This document shows, in pieces, positions 45,776 to 56,200 of a DNA stretch of 64,000 bases. This DNA is from a virus (taxonomy: Duplodnaviria > Caudoviricetes), in the IMG/VR virus record IMGVR_UViG_3300047400_000090, positions 22,008-86,007 of that record. The stretch is one strand, 5' to 3'. The notes under the pieces were generated by a model. The model had not been told where the DNA came from. It saw only the letters and a program-made list of their open reading frames with translations, and did not search any database. The position numbers were made by a program, and so were the translations under genes. Within the stretch, counting starts at the first letter, position 1. The number at the start of each line of letters is the position of its first letter.

Positions 45776-45892
45776 CTAAACCTAATTCTACCTTCTTTTC
45801 ATGGCCTAAGTAGTTGTGTCAAAAGATTTTATTACCAGTTTCATGGTGCAGAACCATAAAATGAAGATAGAGGACAGTGTCCCAGATAAACT

Positions 45893-46168
45893 ATGAACAT
45901 TCAGTCAGTTAGCAACAAAGAGCCGCTGAAGACGGATTCGCGCAACGTCCTTCCCGATTTTCACAAAAAGCCCGCAGTTCAGGCCATGGGCACTGAGATT
46001 AAGCTCCAGTCGTCTCCCTCGGACTACAAGTACGGTGCCGATACCCCCAATGGCAAGTATCAGACTCTGGGAACGGAGATTAAGCTCGATAAAACGCCGC
46101 GCAAGGGCTGGTCGCAGGTTGATACCCCGATGAGTGACCGAGCGGTACAGGCTTCTAAGGGCTACTAA
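45893..46168 (+). CDS. Hypothetical protein of the head module
   Basis: Internal repeat GTEIKL x2. Confidence 0.7.
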   Translation: MNIQSVSNKEPLKTDSRNVLPDFHKKPAVQAMGTEIKLQSSPSDYKYGADTPNGKYQTLGTEIKLDKTPRKGWSQVDTPMSDRAVQASKGY

Positions 46169-46176
46169 GGTAAATA

Positions 46177-46536
46177 ATGAACCCTCAAGGACCTCCTATT
46201 TCGCCCGATGTAATGGCGCAGCAGATGCCGCCCATGTCGGCGTATGGTCCGCAGGCGGATCAATTGCTGGGGAATAAGCCCCAGGATGCTACGGGAGCAA
46301 ATCCCGATGACTTTATTAAGTCGCAGATGGATGACATTGCGGCGAAGTTGATGACGGTTGCCAAGGTAATCGGTCAGACGCACAAGGAATTAATGCCCAT
46401 TGTCCAAAAGATGGCAGAGGCTGGCTCGATGTTGATGAACGAGATCAATAGCCAGAATCAGCCAGTTCAGGGACAAGAGGCACCTCAAGGCCAAGCGCAG
46501 GCAAGTGGACCTAGCGGCATGGCTTTGGGCGCGTAA
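46177..46536 (+). CDS. Hypothetical P/Q-rich head-module protein
   Basis: ORF track. Confidence 0.7.
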   Translation: MNPQGPPISPDVMAQQMPPMSAYGPQADQLLGNKPQDATGANPDDFIKSQMDDIAAKLMTVAKVIGQTHKELMPIVQKMAEAGSMLMNEINSQNQPVQGQEAPQGQAQASGPSGMALGA

Positions 46537-46628
46537 GTTTAGTCAAGGCTACGGCAGGCAAATAACCAAGACTGGCCCCTAGGGGAGGTTATTGGAGGGT
46601 TTAGCTGGGCGGTAGAAGAGATGAAGTA

Positions 46629-47459
46629 ATGGCAGTGAATAGCTTCGATGAAATTTTGAATTCTGTTGACGAGAGCGATAGGGCGACCTTAAGCGATCTG
46701 TCAAGTAGATATCCCGACTTAAAGAATGGGTGGCTAAGGCAGTCTGACTACTCCCGTAATTTGGACAAGCTAAGGGCAACTGAGGCTGAGTATCAGAAGT
46801 ACAAGACGACTGCGGAGGCATGGACAGAGTGGGCCAGTAACAACTGGGATCTTGAGGCGAATAGACCCAAGGCCGAGAAATACTGGAACGATAGGGCTAA
46901 CGAATTAGAGGCACAAAGAGGACAGGATATGACTTTTGATGACATTAAGAAGTTCGCGACCGAGCAAGGGTTTATCAGCAAGACGGACCTGGAAAGCACG
47001 CTCACGCAAAAGCAGAATGAAATTGGAGAGAGCTTTAAGGGCTCCGCTTACTTTAGTGCGGTGTTGAACGAGCTTCAGGGCAATCACATCCACGAATTTA
47101 AGCAGCCGCTTAAGACTCGCGACTTTATTAGCAAGCTCCAAGAGTACGGAACCAATGACTTAGATGCAGCCTACGAGAAATACGTAGCCGATGATCGAAG
47201 AAAGATCGCGGAAGAAAGGCATCAAAAGGAACTTGAGAAAATCCGTGCCGAGGAGAGGGATAAGGTTGAGCAGGAATTCCGGGGTAGAGGATTGACACTG
47301 CCGGTCGATCAAGAGGCTCCAGGAGTTGGTCACTTTGAATCCCGCGTCAAGCACGTAGGCGATCCAGAGGCAATGGCGAAAGCCACGCTAGGGGATGGCA
47401 TTACAGCGAGATTAGCGGCAGAGCAGTACAGAAAAGATAAGGCTGGCGCAACGGCTTAA
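46629..47459 (+). CDS. Capsid scaffolding protein (putative)
   Basis: Helical and charged, directly upstream of the capsid gene; LRQSDYSR motif. Confidence 0.7.
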   Translation: MAVNSFDEILNSVDESDRATLSDLSSRYPDLKNGWLRQSDYSRNLDKLRATEAEYQKYKTTAEAWTEWASNNWDLEANRPKAEKYWNDRANELEAQRGQDMTFDDIKKFATEQGFISKTDLESTLTQKQNEIGESFKGSAYFSAVLNELQGNHIHEFKQPLKTRDFISKLQEYGTNDLDAAYEKYVADDRRKIAEERHQKELEKIRAEERDKVEQEFRGRGLTLPVDQEAPGVGHFESRVKHVGDPEAMAKATLGDGITARLAAEQYRKDKAGATA

Positions 47460-47497
47460 ATAAAGGCCGGAGCCAGTAGCAAAGAAAAGGAAAAGAT

Positions 47498-48553
47498 ATG
47501 GCTCTAAGCTACGCAGAAATTAACGCTTACACGGTTAATAACATCGTTCCTAAGACGACTGACGTCATCTTTAAGAATGATCCGTTGTTTATCCGCTTGA
47601 TGAGCAAGAACAAGATCAACTTCGAGGGCGGTCTCCAGATCCAGCGTCCGATTATGTACGCTGCGCTGGCGTCCGGCTTCTTTGGTCGAGGCGATCAGTT
47701 TGATACTGGTTACCGTCAGACCGATACGGCATTCGCTGTCAATATGAAGTACTGCTACGTTAACGTATCATTGCTTGGTACTGACGCAGTGCTTAACCGT
47801 GGCCCCGAGGCGGCCTTCTCGCTCGTTGAGTCGAAGATGGCTAATGCTTCGCTGACCATGGGGCAGACTCTCGGTCAGGCGATCTACCAGGATGGTTCCG
47901 GTACCCTCTCTAGCACGAAGTCTCTCGATGGACTCGTGGCGTGGGTGGATGATGGTAACTCCAACTCGACCTACTCGACTGCGACCGATGTGACGAAGTC
48001 GTACTCGGCGGTTGGCGGAATTACCCGCTCGGATATTTTGGCTGGCCCGTCCAGCGGTTCGGTTACCTCGTACTCGCAGGTTGGTGGCATTAACTCCTAT
48101 ACCAGCCGAGCGATGAGCACCTTTACCCTCAATGACTTGAACACCGCGTTCGGTTATTCGTGGTTCGGTGCCGACAAGCCGGATTTGCTGGTTGCAACCC
48201 AGAACGCCTATAACAAGATTTGGAACTCGACTGTCCCGAATCAGCGTTATGCGCGTGCGGATAGCGACTTGGCGAAGATTGGCATTGAGAGCTTCCAGTT
48301 CAATGGTGCTGATGTCGTGATCTCGAAGTACTTGATGGATGCCATCGGCTCGACGAACGGTGCGATCTTTGGTCTCAATACCAACTACCTCGAACTGTAC
48401 GTCAGCGGCGATCCGAAGTTCCAGTTCGGTTTCACTGGCTTCAAGGAAGCGCAGAACACGCTGGATGTCAGCGGTCAGTTTGTGTTTGCTGGGAATCTCG
48501 TAGTCCCGAACCCAAGGGCACATTTTAAACTGACTGGCACGGCTCTCGCTTAG
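47498..48553 (+). CDS. Major capsid protein
   Basis: 351 aa; GG..I..PIMY...LDGL.A...GGI.RS...FQFNGADVV...FGLNTNYL; follows the scaffold gene. Confidence 0.88.
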   Translation: MALSYAEINAYTVNNIVPKTTDVIFKNDPLFIRLMSKNKINFEGGLQIQRPIMYAALASGFFGRGDQFDTGYRQTDTAFAVNMKYCYVNVSLLGTDAVLNRGPEAAFSLVESKMANASLTMGQTLGQAIYQDGSGTLSSTKSLDGLVAWVDDGNSNSTYSTATDVTKSYSAVGGITRSDILAGPSSGSVTSYSQVGGINSYTSRAMSTFTLNDLNTAFGYSWFGADKPDLLVATQNAYNKIWNSTVPNQRYARADSDLAKIGIESFQFNGADVVISKYLMDAIGSTNGAIFGLNTNYLELYVSGDPKFQFGFTGFKEAQNTLDVSGQFVFAGNLVVPNPRAHFKLTGTALA

Positions 48554-48568
48554 TCTAACAAGGGAATA

Positions 48569-48594
48569 GGGCTGTGGATTTAGGTCCACGGCCC
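48569..48594 (+). terminator. Hairpin after the capsid gene
   Basis: GGGCTGTGGA/TCCACGGCCC stem; no U-tract. Confidence 0.45.
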
Positions 48595-48626
48595 ACAGAA
48601 AAGATCAAGGAAAAGGAAATTAAACT

Positions 48627-48977
48627 ATGCTAGGAAATCATGTATTGCAGGCTAACCCTGCAGGTGGCCCGACTTACGTCACGGCTACTGGTACTACGAC
48701 TCTCGGCTTTATTCCCGGTGCCACTGCCTTCGCTGATGTGATTGTAGTTAGTGCTTCGGGTGCGGCCACTATCGCCCTGCCTCCGGTTGCGGTTACCGCT
48801 ACGGCTCTCGGTACGGGCCCTAATGAGGTCGTTCGTGTTATCAATTTGGCGGCCCAGAGCGTTGCTTTGGCGGCTGATTCGACCAACGTCATCAAGGGTG
48901 CCTCTGGTACCATCGCTCAGAACACCTGCGCGACTCTTGTTAGCGATTCGACGAACACCTGCTGGTATCGATTCTAG
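48627..48977 (+). CDS. Capsid decoration-like protein
   Basis: Small, A/T/V-rich; similar to the C-terminal part of the next gene. Confidence 0.6.
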   Translation: MLGNHVLQANPAGGPTYVTATGTTTLGFIPGATAFADVIVVSASGAATIALPPVAVTATALGTGPNEVVRVINLAAQSVALAADSTNVIKGASGTIAQNTCATLVSDSTNTCWYRF

Positions 48978-49003
48978 GCCGTAGATTAGGAAGGAGATAA
49001 CTC

Positions 49004-49462
49004 ATGCCTAACTATGTTCGCGAGGATTACCTCGTTCGTCAAGCGCAAGCCGACTCCGGTGCTCCCGGTTCCGGCACTTATAACGTAATGGACTTAGTGG
49101 AGAACAACTCCCCGGCGCTCAACAACCCGCTGTTCTGGGTGTGTACGTCTGGTGGTTCTCCCGGTACGTGGATCGCGGGGCCTCCGTTGGCTAATGTCAG
49201 TAATGTCGTGGCTAACTCGGCGGCTGCTAGCATCCCCGTGACGGCTAATATTGTCAGCATTACTGGCTCTGGTGGTTATAACTTAACCCTGGCTGCTCCG
49301 GCTGCTGCTAATAACGGCTCTGCCATTAGGTTCGTCAATGCCTCTTCTGGCACCGTTACTCTTGTGGCGGCTACCGGATCGGCTATTGTTGGTGTTGCTA
49401 CCATGGCGACCAATACCTCTGGCTCGGTCCACAGTGTCAGCACGAACTGGTATCGCATCTAA
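49004..49462 (+). CDS. Capsid decoration-like protein
   Basis: AGGAG SD; ends TNWYRI, compared with TCWYRF in the previous gene. Confidence 0.6.
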   Translation: MPNYVREDYLVRQAQADSGAPGSGTYNVMDLVENNSPALNNPLFWVCTSGGSPGTWIAGPPLANVSNVVANSAAASIPVTANIVSITGSGGYNLTLAAPAAANNGSAIRFVNASSGTVTLVAATGSAIVGVATMATNTSGSVHSVSTNWYRI

Positions 49463-49477
49463 GAGTTGTGAGTGAGA

Positions 49478-49493
49478 AGTCCAGTACTGGACT
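49478..49493. promoter_or_regulatory. Perfect 16-bp palindrome copy
   Basis: AGTCCAGTACTGGACT, intergenic. Confidence 0.7.
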
Positions 49494-49498
49494 AGATT

Positions 49499-49532
49499 TA
49501 GGGAGTCTGGAGTGTCTAGGCTCCCTATTTTT
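49499..49532 (+). terminator. Intrinsic terminator
   Basis: AGGGAGTCTGGA/TCTAGGCTCCCT stem (with G-U pairs) followed by ATTTTT. Confidence 0.65.
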
Positions 49533-49546
49533 ATTAAGGAGGAAAG

Positions 49547-50710
49547 TTGGCTTTAGTAAATCAAGCATTTAATGCCCCTACCCTGGGTGTTATTGTCGGC
49601 AGAGTCCGTGCTGCCAAGCCAAATATCGCTCCTACCCTTGTTCAGAATTTTTGCAATTCGCGAATTGCGGATATCCTTAACCGTCAGCCCCGTTGGTCTG
49701 GACTAATCAAGGAAACCCTCCTCTACGTCCCTGCCTACACCACTGGCGGTTCTGTAGCCCTAACCCAGAACTCTACTACGGTAACAGGTACGGGAACCTC
49801 ATGGTCGGCAACTAGCGCCGTAAATACTACCATCCCTGCAGGCGTACAGCGCCCTGGGGTACAGTTGGTTACTCCGGCATCCATGACTGGGATTACTACC
49901 GATACCTACCTGTACCTGGACGCTAGCGGAACCCCTGAGATTGTAAATGTCTTGGAGATTACGCCGACGTCTTTTAAGGCCAACTTCCAGTACACCCATA
50001 GCTCCTCTTGTACGGCGACCTCTAGTACGCTGTGTGGGCAGCAGTTGAGATTAGGGAATACCTACCCGATCTTCACCGTAGTGGCGGTGGTTTCGTCTAC
50101 TAGCCTGATTGTCGATATGCCATGGCTGGCAAGTGCAGCTTCGGGGCTAGATTACCAGATTTGGAAGATGTTCTACACCATCTCCCCCGATGCTAAGGCG
50201 ATTATCTCGGTCTTGGATCAGGCTCAGGGCATTCCTCCGTTAGAGGTGGATGTACCAATTGAAAGAATTAATGCCATTGATCCTCAAAGGTCTAGTACTG
50301 GTTACCCGCAAAAACTTGCAAATAAAGGGGTTAACCAGAATGGCAATAACCAATGGGAATTATGGCCTCGATGTCCAACAGAGAGGCAGTTGCGGGTGAC
50401 TTATGCCGCCCAGCAGCAGGAGTTAACCTCGGCGGGGGATAGAATCCCTCCCTTCATTGATCCAAGCGTACTGTACTACGGGTGCATGGCTGATGCCTCT
50501 ATGGTTCGGGTAGGCCCCGATGACCAACTTTACGACCCGAAATTAGCACAGTTTTACGAACAGAAATTTGAAGAAGGGGTTAACCAAATGATTATTTCAG
50601 ACAACGAAAGGAATCAGACATCCTATCATAACGATGGCATGAACCTAGGTGCCGGTGGCGCTAATTGGGCTAAGGACCACTTGGTGTTTATTGATGGGAA
50701 CTACTGGTAA
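49547..50710 (+). CDS. Head-tail adaptor/virion protein
   Basis: Position in the module; ELWP.CP...Y pattern; AAGGAGG SD. Confidence 0.6.
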   Translation: MALVNQAFNAPTLGVIVGRVRAAKPNIAPTLVQNFCNSRIADILNRQPRWSGLIKETLLYVPAYTTGGSVALTQNSTTVTGTGTSWSATSAVNTTIPAGVQRPGVQLVTPASMTGITTDTYLYLDASGTPEIVNVLEITPTSFKANFQYTHSSSCTATSSTLCGQQLRLGNTYPIFTVVAVVSSTSLIVDMPWLASAASGLDYQIWKMFYTISPDAKAIISVLDQAQGIPPLEVDVPIERINAIDPQRSSTGYPQKLANKGVNQNGNNQWELWPRCPTERQLRVTYAAQQQELTSAGDRIPPFIDPSVLYYGCMADASMVRVGPDDQLYDPKLAQFYEQKFEEGVNQMIISDNERNQTSYHNDGMNLGAGGANWAKDHLVFIDGNYW

Positions 50711-50718
50711 GGAGAGAA

Positions 50719-50946
50719 ATGAGTCAATTTTCAGATTTTAAAAGTAAGATGGCAACGCCGGAACTTGGCGTCTCTGACCCGATTTTTAATCAGGCCAGAA
50801 CCCGCGATACCCCCAGTCAGGACTCCAGCAACCCGCCTATGATGGCTTATGAGGCAAGGTGGCAGTACATGGATCACTTGGCTAAGGGTATGAGCAATTT
50901 CGACATGAAGAGTGATCGAGATAGGCCGGGGTTGTTTAAGGAGTAA
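50719..50946 (+). CDS. Hypothetical protein
   Basis: ORF track; SD upstream. Confidence 0.6.
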   Translation: MSQFSDFKSKMATPELGVSDPIFNQARTRDTPSQDSSNPPMMAYEARWQYMDHLAKGMSNFDMKSDRDRPGLFKE

Positions 50947-50948
50947 TC

Positions 50949-51602
50949 TTGGCTCACATTGATCTTGCTAGCCTAAAGGCGTTGGTCTACGCTCGGCTGG
51001 AGGGGAACACCTCAATGTACTCCGACTCCGAGATAACCTGGGCTATCAATGAAGCAATTTCGTGCGGTAATCTCATTTGCGGCTGGTCTCAGGATACCTA
51101 CCGCATTACCGGCGGAAGCGTGCCTGGACGCCACATCTATGACGTCCCTGAGGGGATTATCTTCCCCATTAGGGTCTGCTTCATGGATGAGGTCCTGGAG
51201 AAGGGGTCCCTGTCTTCGGGGATTTCGCTGCTACCTGAGTTAATGAGAGACACTACCGCCAGCACGGGAAAGCCGGTCTCAAGGTGGTTTCCAATTGGGA
51301 TTACTAAGTTTGCCATCCATCCAGCAGATTCAGTTGGCGGTGGAGCAATTACCGTTACAGGGATTACGGAATTCCCCAAGTTGACGGCTAGTACGGATGA
51401 TACACAGATGCCCAAGGAGTCGATTACGGCGGTGTGTGATTATGCGGCCCATATCGTTCAGTGCAAAATGCAAGGGGCTCAGTTGGCGCAGTCGTACTCA
51501 TTTTTCCAGAATTGGCAGAATTTAACAAAACTCGATAAGTATTGGCAGACCTTTAGTCAGCCCAACTACTACTTCGATGAACAAAATTTAGTAAGAGGAT
51601 AA
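50949..51602 (+). CDS. Head-tail adaptor-like protein
   Basis: L...V.ARL.....YSD.EI..AINEA, a connector-type N-terminus. Confidence 0.6.
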   Translation: MAHIDLASLKALVYARLEGNTSMYSDSEITWAINEAISCGNLICGWSQDTYRITGGSVPGRHIYDVPEGIIFPIRVCFMDEVLEKGSLSSGISLLPELMRDTTASTGKPVSRWFPIGITKFAIHPADSVGGGAITVTGITEFPKLTASTDDTQMPKESITAVCDYAAHIVQCKMQGAQLAQSYSFFQNWQNLTKLDKYWQTFSQPNYYFDEQNLVRG

Positions 51603-51604
51603 CA

Positions 51605-51832
51605 ATGAAGTTCAGCTTTAATGTCAACGCAATGATTCAGTGCCTAGCGACGGCGCTACAATTCGCCAACATGGCCAATGACCTACCACTGCCACCCAAG
51701 GCAAAGGGTTATGTCACCGTGGCCATTGGAGTTATTCAGAGCATTTCCGGGTTGCTGGCGCACTTCAAGAACCCGGATGGGAGTTCAGCTAAGGAGCCAT
51801 GGTCTACGGGAACTACTCCTACGGCACAGTAG
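51605..51832 (+). CDS. Holin-like small membrane protein
   Basis: Two hydrophobic helices ending in NPDG...W. Confidence 0.5.
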   Translation: MKFSFNVNAMIQCLATALQFANMANDLPLPPKAKGYVTVAIGVIQSISGLLAHFKNPDGSSAKEPWSTGTTPTAQ

Positions 51833-52695
51833 CCTACGGAGGCGAACTAGAGGAGTCGATTTCGGCACAGCCTGCTATGCCAATCTCTGTACGGGATATC
51901 TATAATCAGGTCTGCGACTCTATCCTAGAGCCCGGTGGCCTCACAGGGGAAACCCTGTCTGACGATGACTTCCTAGTGTTTCTTAATGACTCACTCAGGG
52001 ATATCCTTGAGGCGTCAAACTGCTTTATCAAGCTACAAAACCTTGTAACATCAACAGGAACAAGGGTTTATACACACCCCTACTACATCAATCAGACCGT
52101 TGGGATGCTCTGCGATGACGCCAGCTTGTTCCGATCCTCGGGTAGTTACTGGGACAATGGGGACTACTTATGGCAGTCTTGGCCATCCTCGGCCCCTGAA
52201 GAGTGGCGCGATGATGAGCTTCCAGAAGACTCAGTAGAGGTTAGACCGGCCCCTCAGTGGATCGGATATACCCCGACCTATAGTGCAGGCTTCTATGGGA
52301 CGTTTAGTTCGTGCTCGGCGGTAAATACCTTCCAAATCGCCTATGCCGCCAATATGTACGGAACCATCCAAGACGGCAATTACGGAGATGTTTATACCGA
52401 GTTCACGGCCCCGATGTACGGCACCATGGCAAGCATCGTTGACTCTTCCTTAAATCTTACAGAGTTTGATACCTACACCCAGGAGAGCGCTATTGACTCC
52501 CTGGATGACTATGTTCAGGACTTACCGGTTAGCTTTGGGCCTTACCTGAAGTTTGGAGTCTTGGCTAGGGCTTATTCCATGGACGGTGAACTGAAAAATA
52601 TGGCACTGGCAAAGTACTACAAGAGCCGCATGCAAGAGCTTTTCCGTCTCCTAAGATCAGTTACTGGAGAGGCATTACTTGAGGTGGTACAATAA
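51799..52695 (+). CDS. Head-tail adaptor-like protein
   Basis: FLVFLND...Y.HP...; LKFGVLARAYSMDGE...AKYY. Confidence 0.55.
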   Translation: MVYGNYSYGTVAYGGELEESISAQPAMPISVRDIYNQVCDSILEPGGLTGETLSDDDFLVFLNDSLRDILEASNCFIKLQNLVTSTGTRVYTHPYYINQTVGMLCDDASLFRSSGSYWDNGDYLWQSWPSSAPEEWRDDELPEDSVEVRPAPQWIGYTPTYSAGFYGTFSSCSAVNTFQIAYAANMYGTIQDGNYGDVYTEFTAPMYGTMASIVDSSLNLTEFDTYTQESAIDSLDDYVQDLPVSFGPYLKFGVLARAYSMDGELKNMALAKYYKSRMQELFRLLRSVTGEALLEVVQ

Positions 52696-52704
52696 GTTAG
52701 AGAT

Positions 52705-52956
52705 ATGCCATCCTCAGTAACAATCACTCCGCGTAAAATCTTCCTAGAGGACCTCCAGGTCTCCACGGCTTATAGCCCCACGCTCTCGGCCCAGACCGTA
52801 GGTGGTGTTGGAACGGTCTCGCTTACGCCTATCAATGCCGTTCTCTTCTCATCCTTCCCTTCTTATGCTAGCCGAGCGGCTGCTACTGCAGCCCTGGGTG
52901 GGGGAAGAATCTACTTTGATTCGACTCTTGGGACTCTTGGCGTAACTACTGGCTAA
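52705..52956 (+). CDS. Hypothetical virion protein
   Basis: ORF track. Confidence 0.55.
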   Translation: MPSSVTITPRKIFLEDLQVSTAYSPTLSAQTVGGVGTVSLTPINAVLFSSFPSYASRAAATAALGGGRIYFDSTLGTLGVTTG

Positions 52957-53138
52957 TGACCCAGGATGAGTCACTTGACGAGCTTGTCGAGGCAATCCTA
53001 GAGATTGTAGGCCGCGACCCAGCAGGGGAAGCCAGACTAAGAGCGGTAATTGACTCACTGAAAAAGAAGCGTAATCCCAGGGAGGGATGGTCTAACTTCG
53101 AGGTAATTGAAATTCCTCCTCTTCCCAAGGCGGGTTGA
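52956..53138 (+). CDS. Hypothetical protein
   Basis: TAATG coupling. Confidence 0.55.
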   Translation: MTQDESLDELVEAILEIVGRDPAGEARLRAVIDSLKKKRNPREGWSNFEVIEIPPLPKAG

Positions 53139-53163
53139 CTTTAGTCCAGTACTGGAGTAAACT
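53135..53163 (+). promoter_or_regulatory. sigma70-type promoter whose spacer is the palindrome
   Basis: TTGACT-ttagtccagtactggag (17 bp)-TAAACT. Confidence 0.7.
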
Positions 53164-53200
53164 AAAATCATAGCAGACAGGTAAGGTTTGGACCGCTATA

Positions 53201-53230
53201 TAAAGCCTACTCTTAACGGGGTAGGCTTTA
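53201..53230. terminator. Perfect 10-bp hairpin, possibly a bidirectional terminator or attenuator
   Basis: TAAAGCCTAC-10 nt-GTAGGCTTTA. Confidence 0.55.
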
Positions 53231-53269
53231 TTCCTTCTATAACCCGCAACTCATTGATAAAATGGGATT

Positions 53270-56200
53270 ATGGCGGATTCCACGGTTACACGTCTACCCA
53301 TGTCCAATAAGGGCATGGTCCAAAAATTAGACTTAAACCAACTCTCTGATGGGCAATACGCCTACCTTCTCAACACTGTCTCTGAACAAGAGGGTGCCCT
53401 CTCCCCGCGTTACGGCTATACCGACATCTCCATTACCTCCTGGGGTCCAGCTAGGGTCGATTCTCTCTTTGTTTCCAACCCAGTAACAGCGACTGATGCC
53501 TATAAGCCGAACGTCTATGTTGGCGAATCCAGCAACATCCGCCGAGTAGCAGTCTCAAATACCCCCTCTACCTCCCCAGCAGGGACCTCTACAACCATCT
53601 CTACGGGTGGCATTGGAGTAACTGGATCAGGTGCCCAGGCGCGAAGAATTGGAATTACCCAGTACGCTACCGATCAGTATAACAATGTCGGGACTACGTA
53701 CATGGCTACCGGATACAACTTTAATGGTAGCGGTGGGGACGCGGGTAGAACCTTTAGGGGCGTCTTAAGGGATAATGGCTCCTACTCTGTGGCTAGGACG
53801 GTTGGGATTCTGCCTCCGGTTGTACCGGCCTTTGCTACCCCTGCAGCGCCACAGGTTAAGACCTTTGGTACGGTCTCTAGCAACACTAGGGTAAACACTA
53901 CCACCTCTACGGCTATTCCGACCCCGACTCAGTCGGTTCTATCTGACTATTACCAAGTGCAGGTCGGTACTGTGGGCGTGCCAACTAAGTCTTACCTCAA
54001 TGGCATCCAAGAGGGGATGTACATTACCGTAGGAACAGGTGGAACCACCTCGGCAGGACAGCTTCAGGGTCCGGTTGGCGGAATTGATCAAGACAACTCG
54101 ATCTTCTACCTAGGTGGACATGGCGTAACCCCGTCTATTGCGGCAGGATCTACCGTAGTAGCTTATACCACCGAGAGCGCCAATGTGGCTGTGCCTGCTG
54201 TTGGAACAGCACTGGTTTATGCCTACCCTTTCCCTAATTCTGGGGGAACGGCAGATTTTAGCCTAACTGGCGTCTATCAGAACGGGTATGACTCTAACGA
54301 TACTGTTCACGTCTCTTTCTATAACGGAACCCCATCAAATATTCAGAGCGTAGAGCTTAGGATTTTCTGTGGCAGCAGTAATGGCTACTACAGTTACATG
54401 ATCAACCTAGACAGCGCTCTGGGGGCAAGTGGAGCGTACTGGCTAGAGCAAGACATCATTAAGTCGGCCTTTACCAAGAACGGCGTAGGATCTGGCAATA
54501 ACTCCTGGATCAACGTCACAGCGGCACAACTTGTAATTACCCCGGTCGATACCTCGGTTGGTTTCACGATTAACGCCGGTCAGTTATTTGCCTGGGGTCA
54601 TGGCGGCCTAGACTCCGGGTCGGATCCCAAGTTACAGCCCTACGACTACGTCTATACTTATAGGGATCCAGAGACCGGAGCAGAGAGCAATCCTTCCCCT
54701 CTAATGAACGCCGATAAGGCAATAACTGTATCGAATCAGGGAGTTAGGGTAACCTTCTTTGGTACGGACAATGGCACCTTTAGCACTAATTGTTCCTCCA
54801 ACGCCGGAGTAACCCAGGTAGCCATCTACCGAAGGGGTGGATCCTTTACCGATGGAGCATTTAGGCGAGTAGGGCTAGCTACAAATCCAGGAATTAGCGG
54901 AACTTCGCTTAATAATGATTTCTTTATTGATACCGTTGACGACCTATCTATCACTAACGCGGTACAAGCCAAATTCGACAATGATGCCCCGGTAACCGTC
55001 TCTATCGGCAAAGAGTACGTAGGCTCCATTAACTCAGGAACTGCCGTTGGAAATACCCCTATTACTATCACCCCTACAGTCTCTGGAGTTTCTGACCTAA
55101 CGACGGTTTTGACCCCAGGGACGCAGGTAATTATTGGGAATGGTGTATCCTCCTCCACGGCTGGTGGCTCAGAGAATCAGGAGATCGTAACAGTCTGGAA
55201 TATTACCGCTACCACCTTTGACTGTTACCTGAGTTATGTTCATGCCGCCAATGAGCAAGTCTCTTGGAGCACCAATGCTGGATTGGCTGGTGATCAGGTC
55301 TTGGCGGCCATGGACTGCCTATGGATGGCAGGTGTTGCCAAGGCTCCGCACATGCTCTGGAGATCCAAGACAGGGCAGCCTGAGGCATGGCCCACTATCA
55401 ACGAATCGACCGGAAATGCCCATGTGGTTCAAATTTCTACCCCGGATAACCCCATTATGGGGCTGGCGGAGTTCAATGGTGAAATTGTAGCCCTGTGCCA
55501 ACATGGTATCTACACGGTTAGGCTCGATAATGGACGCATGGTTGGTCCATTCAAGACTCCTGCCAATCGCGGATTAGTCCAGAAGTATGCCTGGACCTAC
55601 GTCGATAACGAAATCTGGTTCCTGTCCTACGATGGTATTTATGCCTGGGCAGGCGGCTCTGTCCGCAAGGTTAGCTTAGCTATTGACTTTGTCTTCAATC
55701 AGAGAGTCGTTAATGGAGTAACTCCGCTGAATCAAAACTACACGGGCACTGGGTCTTCCTCGATCTATCCGGCCCTGGTCAGTCTAGTTCAAAAAGGGAA
55801 TGAGGTCTACTTTGCTGGCAATTTCTGGCAGCCAGGGACTACCACTACGGCGTTTTACCTATTTAGGTACAATATCTTATTTGACCGCTGGAGCGTGGAT
55901 GAGGTCTATGACGCATCGGCCACTCTGTCTACCACTAGAAACGGCGTAACACTGTATCCTACTTCGGTTACCTGCCTAGCCTCCAATAAGGCCACTGGTG
56001 ATATTATTGCCGCCAAGTCTTCCTATACCGGAACGACGGTAGCTGGACTGATCTACTACAATAACGTCGGCACCTACAGCGACGGGACCGGGGCTCATGC
56101 GATCTACTACGATGTCATTAGCAAGTGCTATGACATGGGAGCGGCGCTAGTTAAGAAGAAATTTACCGACATTGGCGTAGAGTTTACCTCAGGGGCCGTT

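Noticed and set aside
47768-48589. 273-aa antisense ORF over the capsid gene, and many similar antisense or overlapping track ORFs
   Set aside because: Shadows of biased codon usage on the coding strand; no SD and no recognisable motifs.
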